Of a stretch of DNA of 64,000 nucleotides, positions 38,946-50,012 are shown one piece after another. The position numbers and the translations under genes were made by a program. The first letter of the stretch is position 1, and the number at the start of each line of letters is the position of its first letter. The stretch is from positions 367,537 through 431,536 of the forward strand of contig CAVTFV010000008.1 of the NCBI GenBank assembly GCA_963734115.1. Reading direction: 5' to 3'. Below the pieces are notes generated by a model. The model did not search any database. It saw only the letters and a list, made by a program, of their open reading frames with translations, and was not told the DNA's origin. The DNA is from an uncultured Acidobacteriota bacterium. Its GTDB lineage: Bacteria > Actinomycetota > Acidimicrobiia > Spongiisociales > ZC4RG35.

Positions 38946-40204
38946 TGGCGAGGGAATTCGTTCTCCCGGATATCGGCGAAGGCCTCACCGAAGCAGAAAT
39001 CGTGCGTTGGCTCGTCCCCGAGGGAGGGCGGGTCGAGGCCGACCAACCTGTGGTCGAGGTCGAGACCGACAAGGCGGTGGTCGAGATCCCCTCCCCATAC
39101 GCCGGAACCGTCTTGCGTCATGGTGGGGCCGAGGGGGAGACGATTCGGGTGGGGTCGGTGCTCGTGGTGATCGGAGAGGATGGCGAGGTCGAAGCGGCCA
39201 CACCGGCCGCGCCCGAGCCGGAGCCCACACATGCCGCCCCACCGATCGTGGGCAGTCTCAGTGAGGAAGCAGAAGTGCTCTCTCCGGCCGGCCAAACAGC
39301 GGCCGGGGGACAGGCCACAACGATCAAGGCACTTCCCGTCGTGCGCAAGCTGGCCCGGGACATGGGAGTGGATCTCGGACAGATTCGAGGATCCGGCCCT
39401 GAGGGGAGGATCACCCGCGAGGACATCATGGCGGCCGCTCCGCCAAGCTCGGAGACAACGTCGCTCGCCGTCGAGCCGCCGCCACCGGCAGAGGCTGTGG
39501 AGTCCCCCGCCACTGTTTCCGGCGAGGGCGAACGTCGCCCATTGTCCCGTTTGCGCCGGACCATCGCGGCCAACATGGCCAAGAGTTGGGCCGAGATACC
39601 CCACGTCACCACCTTCGATGAGGTGGACGCCACGCGGCTCGTCGAGATCAGATCGGCTCTCGGCGCACGCCACGATGTGAGACTCCCGATGGAGGCGCTC
39701 GTGATCAAGGCGGTGATACCCGCCCTCGAGGCGTTCCCGGAGTTCAACGCGACCCTGGACGGCGACGACCTGATCGTCCATGGCGCCCACGACATCGGAA
39801 TCGCGGTCGATACACCCGATGGCCTCCTGGTGGCAGTGGTCCGCGACGCCGGGCCTAGAGGGATCCTCGACATCGCCTCTGAGGTTCGACGTCTCGGAGA
39901 GGGCGCACGAGAAAGGTCCCTGGCTCCCGACGAGCTGACCGGCCAGACGTTCACGGTCTCCAATATCGGGGCCGTGGGGGGTGGTCAGGGGACGCCGATC
40001 GTCCCCTACGGGACGACAGCCATCCTCTCGGTGGGCCGAGCACAGGAGAAGGTCGTTGTGAGCAACGGCGATCTGGCGATCGCCCCTGTCATGCCGCTCT
40101 CCCTGTCTTACGACCACCGGGTCATCGACGGCGCCCAGGGACGGCGCTTCATGGCGCTCGTGATCGAGAACCTGGAGGAGCCGGCGCTGTTCCTGGCTGG
40201 TTGA
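38945..40204 (+). CDS. Dihydrolipoamide acyltransferase E2 component (lipoyl domain + E3-binding + catalytic domain)
   Basis: Lipoyl-lysine motif VETDKAVVEIPSP, Ala/Pro linkers, and a catalytic DHRVIDGA motif; 419 aa. Confidence 0.88.
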   Translation: MAREFVLPDIGEGLTEAEIVRWLVPEGGRVEADQPVVEVETDKAVVEIPSPYAGTVLRHGGAEGETIRVGSVLVVIGEDGEVEAATPAAPEPEPTHAAPPIVGSLSEEAEVLSPAGQTAAGGQATTIKALPVVRKLARDMGVDLGQIRGSGPEGRITREDIMAAAPPSSETTSLAVEPPPPAEAVESPATVSGEGERRPLSRLRRTIAANMAKSWAEIPHVTTFDEVDATRLVEIRSALGARHDVRLPMEALVIKAVIPALEAFPEFNATLDGDDLIVHGAHDIGIAVDTPDGLLVAVVRDAGPRGILDIASEVRRLGEGARERSLAPDELTGQTFTVSNIGAVGGGQGTPIVPYGTTAILSVGRAQEKVVVSNGDLAIAPVMPLSLSYDHRVIDGAQGRRFMALVIENLEEPALFLAG

Positions 40205-40207
40205 TCG

Positions 40208-40774
40208 ATGCCCCACGTTCATGTGACACCTGCCGATGAAGCGGTCGGGACCGCCAAACTGGAATACGACGCCGCCACGAGACGAGCCGGGCGTATCTGG
40301 AACATCGTGTCGATCCAGAGCCAGCTTCCCGAAGTGATGCGGGACTCGATGCGCCTCTACTCCACGATCATGTTCGGCGATTCACCTCTGACCCGGGCCC
40401 AGCGGGAAATGATCGCCGTGGTCACCTCGCAGGTGAACGAGTGCCACTACTGAATAGCGGCGCACCTACACGACCTCCGGGATGAGGTCGACGATCAACA
40501 GATGGTGGACCGGTTCGCCGAGGACTGGAGGAGCGCCGGCCTCGACGAGCCCACGATGGCCCTGCTTCTCTTCGCCGAGCGACTGACCGACGACTGCGCC
40601 TCAGTTGGCGCAGAGGATGTCACCGAGCTGAGAAGGCACGGCTATGACGACCGGGCGATCTCCAGTTGTGTCCAGGTCGTTGCCTACTTCAACTACATCA
40701 ACCGGATCGCCGAGGGCCTCGGTGTGGCGCCCGAGGACTGGATCGATGAGGTCGGGAGAGAGACGACGTCCTAG
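40208..40774 (+). CDS. AhpD/carboxymuconolactone-decarboxylase (CMD) family protein with in-frame TGA at the conserved Cys; candidate selenoprotein (C-x-x-U-x3-H)
   Basis: Two ORF-track fragments (40208..40453 and 40502..40774) share one frame and are separated only by the TGA at 40451-40453. Read-through gives VNECHY-U-IAAHLHDL, matching the AhpD catalytic motif C-x-x-C-x-x-x-H with the second Cys replaced. A 7-bp hairpin lies 17 nt downstream (40471-40490). Confidence 0.55.
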
Positions 40775-40783
40775 ATTCGGGTC

Positions 40784-42265
40784 ATGGCAGAAGAGAAGGA
40801 CACCCAAGAAGCCGAAGAGACGCCACCTCCTCCCGAGATCGAAGAGAAGAGCGTCTCCAAGCAATACACCGGGAAGTTCGGCCGGCGCAAGGTCTCCTAC
40901 ACGGCCACTGCCGCCACCCAGATCGTCGAGCAGGAAGACGACAAGAAGGCGATCTTCTTCCACGTCGCATACACCGAAGACGACGCCGACCCGGCGTCAC
41001 GGCCGATTGTGTTCGCCTTCAACGGCGGACCGGGGTCCTCCACCGTTTGGCTCCATCTCGGGCTACTCGGGCCCCGCCGGGTGGAGTTCGACGAGAGCGG
41101 CTTCAAGGTCTCGGTGCCCGGCCGGCTGATCCACAACGAGTATTCGGTCCTCGACGTGGCGGATGTGGTCCTGGTCGATGCGATCGGGACCGGTTTCTCC
41201 ACAGCCACCCCCAAGGACAAGGAGAAAGAGTTCCACCACTTCTCCAAGGACATCGGCGCCTTCACCGACTTCATCGTTTCCTATCTGAACCGGAACGGGC
41301 GGTGGGCCTCCCCCAAGTACGTGGCGGGGGAGAGCTATGGGACCACCAGGGGAGCGGCGATTGCCCACAGCCTCTTCACCGAAAAGGGCACCGAGCTCAA
41401 CGGGCTGATCCTCATCTCAGCGGCCCTCAATTTCCAGACCATCGGCCAGGAGCCCGATGCCATGGTCTTCCGGCCGGGAAACGACCTCCCTTTCATGCTG
41501 TTCCTGCCTACCTACGCGGCGACCGCCTGGTACCACGGCCGGCTCTCGAACAAGCTCCAAGCGAGGAAGCTCCGTGACCTCCTCGATGAGGTGGAGGCGT
41601 TCGCCATCGGCCCCTACTGGTCGGCGCTGGCCCGGGGCGATGCGCTCGGGGACACCGAACGAAAGAGGGTGACAGCCAAGCTCGCGGCATACACCGGGCT
41701 CTCAGCCGACTACATCGATCGGTACAACCTCCGGATCCATATCCATCGGTTTTGCAAGGAGCTGATGAGGGACCAGCGACGCACGGTTGGCAGGCTCGAC
41801 TCGCGATTCACCGGGATCGACCGGATCGCCGCCGGCGACAATCTGGAGAACGACCCCGCCCACGACCAGATCGGCGGGCCCTTCACCGCCACCTTGAACG
41901 ATTATCTGCGAGTCGAGCTGGGCTTCGAGAACGACTCCTTCTACGAGACCCTGAACATGAAGGTGAACGAGTCATGGGACTACGAGGAGTTCAAGGGGCA
42001 CTACGTCGACACCTCGGAGCAGCTACGGGACGTCCTCTCCCGATCACAGCGCCTGCAGGTGCTGGTGGCGAGCGGGTATTACGACCTGGCCACGCCCCAT
42101 TTCGCCACCGACTACACCATCAGCCATCTCGGCCTGGACGAGTCACTGCGCAAGAACATCCGGACGGAGTTTTACGAGGCGGGCCACATGATGTACCTGC
42201 AGCGTCAATCGCTGAATGCCCTAGCCGGTCATCTGAGAGCCTTCATCGAGGACACCTCGAGCTGA
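40784..42265 (+). CDS. S10 family serine carboxypeptidase
   Basis: NGGPGSS and GESYGT motifs characteristic of peptidase S10; 493 aa; acidic N-terminus. Confidence 0.75.
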   Translation: MAEEKDTQEAEETPPPPEIEEKSVSKQYTGKFGRRKVSYTATAATQIVEQEDDKKAIFFHVAYTEDDADPASRPIVFAFNGGPGSSTVWLHLGLLGPRRVEFDESGFKVSVPGRLIHNEYSVLDVADVVLVDAIGTGFSTATPKDKEKEFHHFSKDIGAFTDFIVSYLNRNGRWASPKYVAGESYGTTRGAAIAHSLFTEKGTELNGLILISAALNFQTIGQEPDAMVFRPGNDLPFMLFLPTYAATAWYHGRLSNKLQARKLRDLLDEVEAFAIGPYWSALARGDALGDTERKRVTAKLAAYTGLSADYIDRYNLRIHIHRFCKELMRDQRRTVGRLDSRFTGIDRIAAGDNLENDPAHDQIGGPFTATLNDYLRVELGFENDSFYETLNMKVNESWDYEEFKGHYVDTSEQLRDVLSRSQRLQVLVASGYYDLATPHFATDYTISHLGLDESLRKNIRTEFYEAGHMMYLQRQSLNALAGHLRAFIEDTSS

Positions 42266-43714
42266 TCAACCCTCCGAATGGGTCTCGACCAGGTCGAGGA
42301 CTTCGGGCATGTCCAGCTCGGGATAAGGATCGGGGGCGAGCAGACCGAGGATCCGGCTCTGAGAGCGAGCCGAGACGATGACCTTGTCCGACCATTTCTC
42401 TTGCAGATCGGGTGCCGCAGTTCGACAACAGCTCGGGTCGGGGCATGTCGAAGTCTGCCGGTTCTCGGTCTCTCGCCCCCGAAACCAGCGCGCCTCGGCG
42501 AAGGGGACCCCGACCGTGACCGCATGAGCCGGTTCCCGTCCGGCCTCGATGTGCGTGGTGCAGAAGTAGGTCCCCTCCGGCGTGTCGGTGTATTGGTGGT
42601 GGGTTCCGTATCGCTCCGCCGAATCGAACGTGATCCGTGAGCCCCACCAGCGGCAGAGACGCTGCGTTTCCATCCCGCCATGGTCATCCCTCGGGATCGG
42701 CGCGTCGTCGTTGGCATAGGCCTTGACCACAGTCCCCATCGCGTCGCTGACGATGACATGGGTCCTGAGGCCGAGGTGGTGAGTCGCCAGATTCGCAGTC
42801 CGCCAGGCGGCCATCTCGTATGAGATGTAGAAGAGCTCCTTGACGTCTTCGACGTCTATGTCGTGGTTGTCCTTTGCTCCGCTCAACCTGGCGACGACCG
42901 CATCCTCCGGCGCGAGGACGGCGGCAGCGAAATAGGCAGTCTCCACCCGTTGGCGCAGGAAGGTGTCGAGATCGGGATCTGTCTCATGTCCGAGGAGGAA
43001 GCCGGCGAGGGTCTGCAAAACCGCCTTGCGAGCCTGACGGGTGCGAAGGGCGTCGCGTTGGGCGATGTAGACCCGGTGATGGTCGAGGTCGATGATCGAT
43101 CGGGCGAACGAGGGCATGTCCTCGACCGGGTGCAACTCGAAGCCGGCGCTGGCGCTCAGGTCGAGCAGGTTCCGCGAGGAGAACGGACCCTCACCGGAGT
43201 ATCCACTCGAGGCAAGAGCGATTCGGGCCTCGGCCTCCACTTCCTTGAGATAGCCGTCGTTGCCCGCGAGCCAGGAGGTCACCTCCCCGTTAGCACGTCG
43301 TACCTCTTCTGAGCCGGCGGACCGCAGGTTGGAACGGTCGCGCAGGGCGTCGTGAAGACCGACCAGGTGGGTCAGGGTCTCATTGTCCAGCTTGGCGCTC
43401 GGCTTGACGGTGGGAAGATGGAGGGAGTCGAAGAATGGGGTTTCCTGTGATCTGAGCAGGGCGATCTCCAGCGCGTCTCTTCGGTTGGGTGGGCTGGGGT
43501 CGAGGAGCTCGGAGAGATCGACCTCGAGAACGGTGGCGATTTCGACGACGAGATTCAATCGAGGCTGCTTCTTGCCGTTCTCGAGCAGTGATAGATAGGG
43601 CGCCGGCCGGTTCACGGCGGCGCCGAGCTCGTCGAGCGTCATACCCCGCTCGCGACGGTGATGACGCAGTCGGCGACCGAGGACGAGCGGGTCCAACTGC
43701 TGCGATTGGGTCAT
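42266..43714 (-). CDS. ramB: RamB-like XRE-family regulator (HTH_XRE + DUF2083 + ImmA/IrrE-type domain), putative repressor of the glyoxylate shunt
   Basis: N-terminal HTH (LGRRLRHHRRERGMTLDELG), 482 aa. It is divergent from aceB-aceA, as with ramB in mycobacteria and corynebacteria. Confidence 0.75.
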   Translation of the reverse strand: MTQSQQLDPLVLGRRLRHHRRERGMTLDELGAAVNRPAPYLSLLENGKKQPRLNLVVEIATVLEVDLSELLDPSPPNRRDALEIALLRSQETPFFDSLHLPTVKPSAKLDNETLTHLVGLHDALRDRSNLRSAGSEEVRRANGEVTSWLAGNDGYLKEVEAEARIALASSGYSGEGPFSSRNLLDLSASAGFELHPVEDMPSFARSIIDLDHHRVYIAQRDALRTRQARKAVLQTLAGFLLGHETDPDLDTFLRQRVETAYFAAAVLAPEDAVVARLSGAKDNHDIDVEDVKELFYISYEMAAWRTANLATHHLGLRTHVIVSDAMGTVVKAYANDDAPIPRDDHGGMETQRLCRWWGSRITFDSAERYGTHHQYTDTPEGTYFCTTHIEAGREPAHAVTVGVPFAEARWFRGRETENRQTSTCPDPSCCRTAAPDLQEKWSDKVIVSARSQSRILGLLAPDPYPELDMPEVLDLVETHSEG

Positions 43715-43798
43715 TTGTGCTCGCTTGCGAAAGATCGTCTATTCTTTAGTCTCACTAGATTTGAAATGGTAGCCGCTAGGTAAAGACACTGTCATCTT

Positions 43799-45358
<1,560 letters not shown>

Positions 45359-45369
45359 GGGAGAGAGAC

Positions 45370-46662
45370 ATGTCGCACGTCGCCAACGAAGCCAGCCGGC
45401 TGGCCGACGACTGGAAGGCCAACCCTCGCTGGGAAGGCGTCACTCGGGACTACAGCGCAGAAGACGTGGTGCGGCTCCGAGGAAGCATCAGGGAGCAATC
45501 CACGCTGGCCAATCGAATGGCCATCGCACTCTGGGATCGTCTGACCACAGAGGACTATGTCAGCGCGTTGGGAGCCCTCAGCGGCGGCCAGGCTGTGCAG
45601 ATGGTGAAGGCCGGTCTCAAGTCGATCTATCTCTCCGGATGGCAGGTCGCGGCGGACGGCAATCTCGCCGGGGACGTCTACCCCGATCAGTCGCTCTACC
45701 CATCCACTTCGGCTCCGGCCCTCGTGGAGAGGATCAACAACGCCCTGCGTCGGACGGACCAGATCCATTGGGCTGAGGGCAAGACGGACACCGATTGGTT
45801 CGTCCCAATCATCGCCGACGGGGAGGCGGGATTCGGCGGTTCGCTCAATGTCTTCGAGCTAACCAAGCGATTCATTAAGGCCGGGGCCGCCGGCGTGCAT
45901 TACGAAGACCAGCTGGCGGCAGAGAAGAAATGTGGCCACATGGGGGGCAAGGTCCTGGTGCCGACGGCACAACACATTCGGACCCTGCAGGCGGCGCGTC
46001 TGGCCGCCGACGTGATGGATGTCCCGACTTTGATCGTGGCCCGGACAGACGCCAATGGCGCCACTCTGCTCACCTCCGACGTGGACGAGCGGGATCGGCC
46101 CTTTGTGACGGGCGAGCGCACCGCGGAGGGATTTCACATGGTCAGGAATGGTCTCGAATCGGCGATCGCCCGTGGTAACTCCTACGCGCCGTACGCCGAC
46201 CTGATCTGGTGCGAGACGGCCCAGCCCGATCTCGATGAGGCGAGGGTCTTTGCCGAGGCGATTCATGCCGAGCACCCGGGCAAGATGCTTGCCTACAACT
46301 GCTCGCCGTCGTTCAACTGGTCGAAAAACCTGGATGAGGCGACGATCGGCCGGTTCCAAAAGGAGCTGGGCACGATGGGCTACCGATACCAGTTCATAAC
46401 TCTGGCCGGGTTCCACGCCCTCAACGCATCGATGTTCGAGTTGGCCAGGGGCTATGCCGAGGAGGGAATGCCGGCATATGTCGAGCTGCAGAACCGGGAA
46501 TTCGAGATGGAGGGCGACGGATATACCGCCACCCGGCACCAGCGCGAGGTCGGCGCCGGGTACTTCGACCTGGTGAGCCAGGTGGTCGCGGGCGGGAGCT
46601 CATCCACCCTGGCACTGGAGGGCTCGACCGAAGAGGCGCAGTTCTCGACCCCGATTCAGTGA
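45370..46662 (+). CDS. aceA: Isocitrate lyase
   Basis: KKCGHMGGK catalytic motif; 430 aa. Confidence 0.92.
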   Translation: MSHVANEASRLADDWKANPRWEGVTRDYSAEDVVRLRGSIREQSTLANRMAIALWDRLTTEDYVSALGALSGGQAVQMVKAGLKSIYLSGWQVAADGNLAGDVYPDQSLYPSTSAPALVERINNALRRTDQIHWAEGKTDTDWFVPIIADGEAGFGGSLNVFELTKRFIKAGAAGVHYEDQLAAEKKCGHMGGKVLVPTAQHIRTLQAARLAADVMDVPTLIVARTDANGATLLTSDVDERDRPFVTGERTAEGFHMVRNGLESAIARGNSYAPYADLIWCETAQPDLDEARVFAEAIHAEHPGKMLAYNCSPSFNWSKNLDEATIGRFQKELGTMGYRYQFITLAGFHALNASMFELARGYAEEGMPAYVELQNREFEMEGDGYTATRHQREVGAGYFDLVSQVVAGGSSSTLALEGSTEEAQFSTPIQ

Positions 46663-46675
46663 ATATCGTTGAGAC

Positions 46676-47317
46676 GTGCACCCACTTCTGGCCATCTTCC
46701 GTGACGCCGCGGTCGATCGATTCCCCGAGATGGACGGGGGGGTCACCTTCCTCCCCGAACTGGGCGACGGTCAGGAGGCGGTGGTGTGCTTCACGGGCCA
46801 CGCCTTCATCGCTAGCCGTCTCGGAGCCAATGATCTGTCCGACCTCGCTCCCGATGGGTTCGGCCGGGCGCTCCATCCCGAGGTCCTGCTCCGACTGGCC
46901 GGGCCAGGAGGGAGGATCGGATCGATCGACATCACGATGTACGCCGAAGGCCATGGTGGCGGAGCCCTGGTACCCCGGCCCGAGCTCGACCAGCATCCCC
47001 GGGTGGCTTTCGCCCGAGCCAGGCGGGAGGAGGTACAGGCCTACGGGGCGCCGGACGGTCTGTTCACACTGGGCATCGGCCTGGGAGGTCGACGGGAGAT
47101 GAGCGTGGAGAACTCTCAGGATGGCCCACGAGGGCGTCACCTGATCCATCAGGCGCTGACTATGACCCCCCATGGAGAACACCTATTCGCGGCCGTCGCG
47201 CCGGGGAACGCTCGCTCCGTGCGATCGTTCCTCGCCTGTGGGTTCGTACCCATTGCCAGCGAGGTGCTGATCCGCGTCGAGGGTTTGGGACACGAAAAAG
47301 AGGGGCAAGTATTGTGA
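46676..47317 (+). CDS. Hypothetical protein (possible GNAT-like fold)
   Basis: 213 aa with no strong motif. The C-terminal region weakly resembles a GNAT acetyl-CoA-binding segment. Confidence 0.4.
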   Translation: MHPLLAIFRDAAVDRFPEMDGGVTFLPELGDGQEAVVCFTGHAFIASRLGANDLSDLAPDGFGRALHPEVLLRLAGPGGRIGSIDITMYAEGHGGGALVPRPELDQHPRVAFARARREEVQAYGAPDGLFTLGIGLGGRREMSVENSQDGPRGRHLIHQALTMTPHGEHLFAAVAPGNARSVRSFLACGFVPIASEVLIRVEGLGHEKEGQVL

Positions 47318-47354
47318 GCCCCAGGAGCAGCGCTGTTCTCGGAGGGAACCCGTC

Positions 47355-48410
47355 ATGAACATCGTCCACGTGGTGGGCACCGGCACCATCGGTGAGCCCC
47401 TCATCGGCCTCCTCGCCGACAACAAGGAACATTTCGGCATCGAAGAGGTGACGTTTCACAAGCGCACTCCCTTGCTGACCGAGAAGGCCAAGGTCGCCGA
47501 TCTCGAGGGCAGAGGGGCTGTGCTGGCCGTGGACGAGGAGCGTTTCTCTTCGTTCCAGGAATTGGGCCACGCTCCCAAGTACGAGGCACGGGAGGCGATC
47601 GAGCGGGCCACCGTCGTCATCGACTGCACCCCGGTCGGCAACGGGATGAAAGAGGAGTTCTACAACCACGCCGATGGGCCAAGAGGTTTCATGGCCCAGG
47701 GCTCGGAGTTCGGATTCGGCAAGATGTACGCCCGGGGCATCAACGACAGCGCCCTCGTCGCCGGCGAGGACCGGTTCCTCCAGATCGTGTCTTGCAACAC
47801 CCACAACATCGCCGCCCTTGTGCGCTCTCTGGCCATCGATTCCGACGGCACCAATCATCTCGAGGACGGTCGCTTTCTCTGCATGAGGCGGGCCAACGAC
47901 ATCAGCCAGGACGACGGCTTCGTCGCCAGCCCAACCGTCGAACCCCACAAAGACGAACGTTTCGGGACGCATCACGCCAGGGACGCCCATGAGCTGTTCG
48001 AGACCATGGGTTACGACCTCAACGTCTACTCCTCGGCGGTGAAGCTCAACACCCAGTACATGCATTCGATCCAGTTCTCGCTGCAGCTGGACGAGGAGAT
48101 CACCGTGGACGACGCCATAGAGCGACTGATGGCGAACACCAGGGTCGCAGTGACTCATAAGAAGTCGGCCAACCAAGTGTTCTCGTTCGGTCGTGACCAC
48201 GGGTACTTCGGGAGGATCATGAGCCAGACGGTGGTGGCCTTGAGCACTCTGGCCGTTCGCAATGGCAACGAGGTCGTCGGTTTCTCCTTCACCCCACAGG
48301 ACGGGAACCCGCTCCTCTCCACGGTGGCCGCGATGCTCTGGTATCTCGACCGGGACAGTCTGGACGACCGTATCGACATCCTCCGTCGCTACCTGTTCCG
48401 CGAGATCTGA
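47355..48410 (+). CDS. Type II (archaeal-type) glyceraldehyde-3-phosphate dehydrogenase-like NAD(P)-dependent dehydrogenase
   Basis: N-terminal Rossmann motif VHVVGTGTIGEP and active-site-like VSCNTHN (compare the SCNTT motif of type II GAPDH); 351 aa. Confidence 0.5.
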   Translation: MNIVHVVGTGTIGEPLIGLLADNKEHFGIEEVTFHKRTPLLTEKAKVADLEGRGAVLAVDEERFSSFQELGHAPKYEAREAIERATVVIDCTPVGNGMKEEFYNHADGPRGFMAQGSEFGFGKMYARGINDSALVAGEDRFLQIVSCNTHNIAALVRSLAIDSDGTNHLEDGRFLCMRRANDISQDDGFVASPTVEPHKDERFGTHHARDAHELFETMGYDLNVYSSAVKLNTQYMHSIQFSLQLDEEITVDDAIERLMANTRVAVTHKKSANQVFSFGRDHGYFGRIMSQTVVALSTLAVRNGNEVVGFSFTPQDGNPLLSTVAAMLWYLDRDSLDDRIDILRRYLFREI

Positions 48411-48664
48411 TGCAGGCGAAGGCAGAGGCCTTCGTCGAGGAGGCGATCCGGGCCGTTGCCATCCACGATGTGGCCGAAGCCCGCATCGCGGTCGCTCAGG
48501 CCTATGAGGTCGATCACACTCTTGATCCGCTCGTCGACGCGGTCCATCTCGCCTGCGCCGAGATCGAGGAGGAGGGCGTGGTGAGCATCGCCACCTGGAA
48601 CACCCTCGCCGACGCGGTCGGCCCCGGCCACCTCCTCGTCGTGGTCGAGTCCTCGCGGGAATAG
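48410..48664 (+). CDS. Small hypothetical protein (84 aa), translationally coupled to the upstream gene
   Basis: Its ATG overlaps the upstream TGA. Acidic; no recognisable domain. Confidence 0.35.
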   Translation: MQAKAEAFVEEAIRAVAIHDVAEARIAVAQAYEVDHTLDPLVDAVHLACAEIEEEGVVSIATWNTLADAVGPGHLLVVVESSRE

Positions 48665-48695
48665 GCGATAGCTCCCGGTTCCTAAGCTGCCGGTC

Positions 48696-50012
48696 ATGCC
48701 CCGTCCCACGGTTTGGTTGAGCACGCTCGGGTGTGCGAAGAATCAGGTCGACTCGGAGAAAATCGTCGCCATGCTCTCCGAGGCCGGTTACGGCTGGGCG
48801 GACGGACCGGAGGATGCCGATGTGGTCATGGTCAACACGTGCGCATTCATCGAGGAGGCGAGGGCGGAATCCGTCGAGGCGATCCTCGAGATGGAGGACC
48901 GTAAGCGACCCGACGCCCGGTCTGTGGTCATCGGGTGCATGGCCCAGCGATTCGGGTCCGAGGTCGAGGCGGCCCTCCCCGAAGTCGACGCCGTTCTGGG
49001 GATCGACCGTTATGGCGAGCTCGTCGGTGTTCTCGACGGGCTGACCGGATGGGAGCCGGTGGATGTTCGCCGGCGCCCAGTCATGGACATACTGCACGCC
49101 ACTGGCCGTCCTATCTCCGATCTGCCCTATGCGTACTTGAAGGTGGCGGAGGGTTGTGACAAACCGTGCACCTTCTGCGCCATCCCCAGCATTCGGGGCA
49201 AGCAGCGCTCCCGACGCCCGGTGGAGATACGGGAGGAGCTCGAACTTCTGGCAGCGGCCGGGGTGAGCGAGATCGTGCTGGTGGCCCAGGACCTGGCGGC
49301 CTACGGACGGGATATCGATGCCCCGGGCGGGCTTCCCGAGCTCCTGGCATTTCTCTCCGACGTCGCCGGTTTGAAGCGTCTCCGATTGCTCTACCTCCAT
49401 CCGAGGGAGATCCGCGAGAGCCTCCTCGAGGAAATGACCACCAACGACGTCGTGGCGCCGTATTTCGATCTTTCCCTCCAGCACGTCTCCGGCCCACTGC
49501 TCCGTCGGATGAAGCGGCCGGGGAATCTGGAGAAGCACCTGGCCCTCGTCGGGCGGATCCGCGAGCTCGAGCCGGACGCCGCCTTGAGGTCGTCCTTCAT
49601 CGTTGGCTTCCCCGGCGAGACCGACCAACAGGTCGACGAGCTCTCCGATTTCCTCGGCGAGGCCGGGCTGGATTGGGCCGGATTCTTCCCCTATTCGGCC
49701 GAACCAGGCACCCCGGCCGCCGACATGGACGATCAGGTGCCGCGCGACATGACCATGGAGCGACTCCGTCACCTGACCTCGATCCAGGAGGACGTCACCG
49801 AATCCCGTCATGCCGAGTGGCTGGGCCGTGTCGACCGTGTCCTCGTCGACCAGGTGGAGGACGACGTCCCGATAGGTCGCTCCCACCGCCAAGCTCCCGA
49901 GATCGATGGGGTCGTGCGTCTCGACGCGGGCCGCGTCGGGGAATGGGTCACCGTCGAGTACACCGGCGTCTTCGGCCCCGATATGGAGGCCGCACTGGTG
50001 CCGGCTCGATGA
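48696..50012 (+). CDS. rimO: Ribosomal protein S12 methylthiotransferase RimO
   Basis: MTTase N-domain (TLGCAKNQVDSE), radical-SAM CxxxCxxC (CDKPCTFCAIP) and a TRAM domain; 438 aa. Confidence 0.88.
   Translation: MPRPTVWLSTLGCAKNQVDSEKIVAMLSEAGYGWADGPEDADVVMVNTCAFIEEARAESVEAILEMEDRKRPDARSVVIGCMAQRFGSEVEAALPEVDAVLGIDRYGELVGVLDGLTGWEPVDVRRRPVMDILHATGRPISDLPYAYLKVAEGCDKPCTFCAIPSIRGKQRSRRPVEIREELELLAAAGVSEIVLVAQDLAAYGRDIDAPGGLPELLAFLSDVAGLKRLRLLYLHPREIRESLLEEMTTNDVVAPYFDLSLQHVSGPLLRRMKRPGNLEKHLALVGRIRELEPDAALRSSFIVGFPGETDQQVDELSDFLGEAGLDWAGFFPYSAEPGTPAADMDDQVPRDMTMERLRHLTSIQEDVTESRHAEWLGRVDRVLVDQVEDDVPIGRSHRQAPEIDGVVRLDAGRVGEWVTVEYTGVFGPDMEAALVPAR

Noticed and set aside
40451-40453. The in-frame TGA in the AhpD-like gene as a simple nonsense mutation
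   Set aside because: It is not fully rejected. However, the TGA replaces exactly the redox Cys of the C-x-x-C-x3-H motif and is followed by a hairpin at SECIS distance. A selenoprotein is therefore the preferred reading, and a pseudogene the alternative.
47160-49892. 910-aa minus-strand ORF
   Set aside because: It is antisense to well-supported plus-strand genes (class II GAPDH-like, small ORF, rimO). The translation is low-complexity Arg/Gly/Pro-rich, as expected for a high-GC antisense frame.
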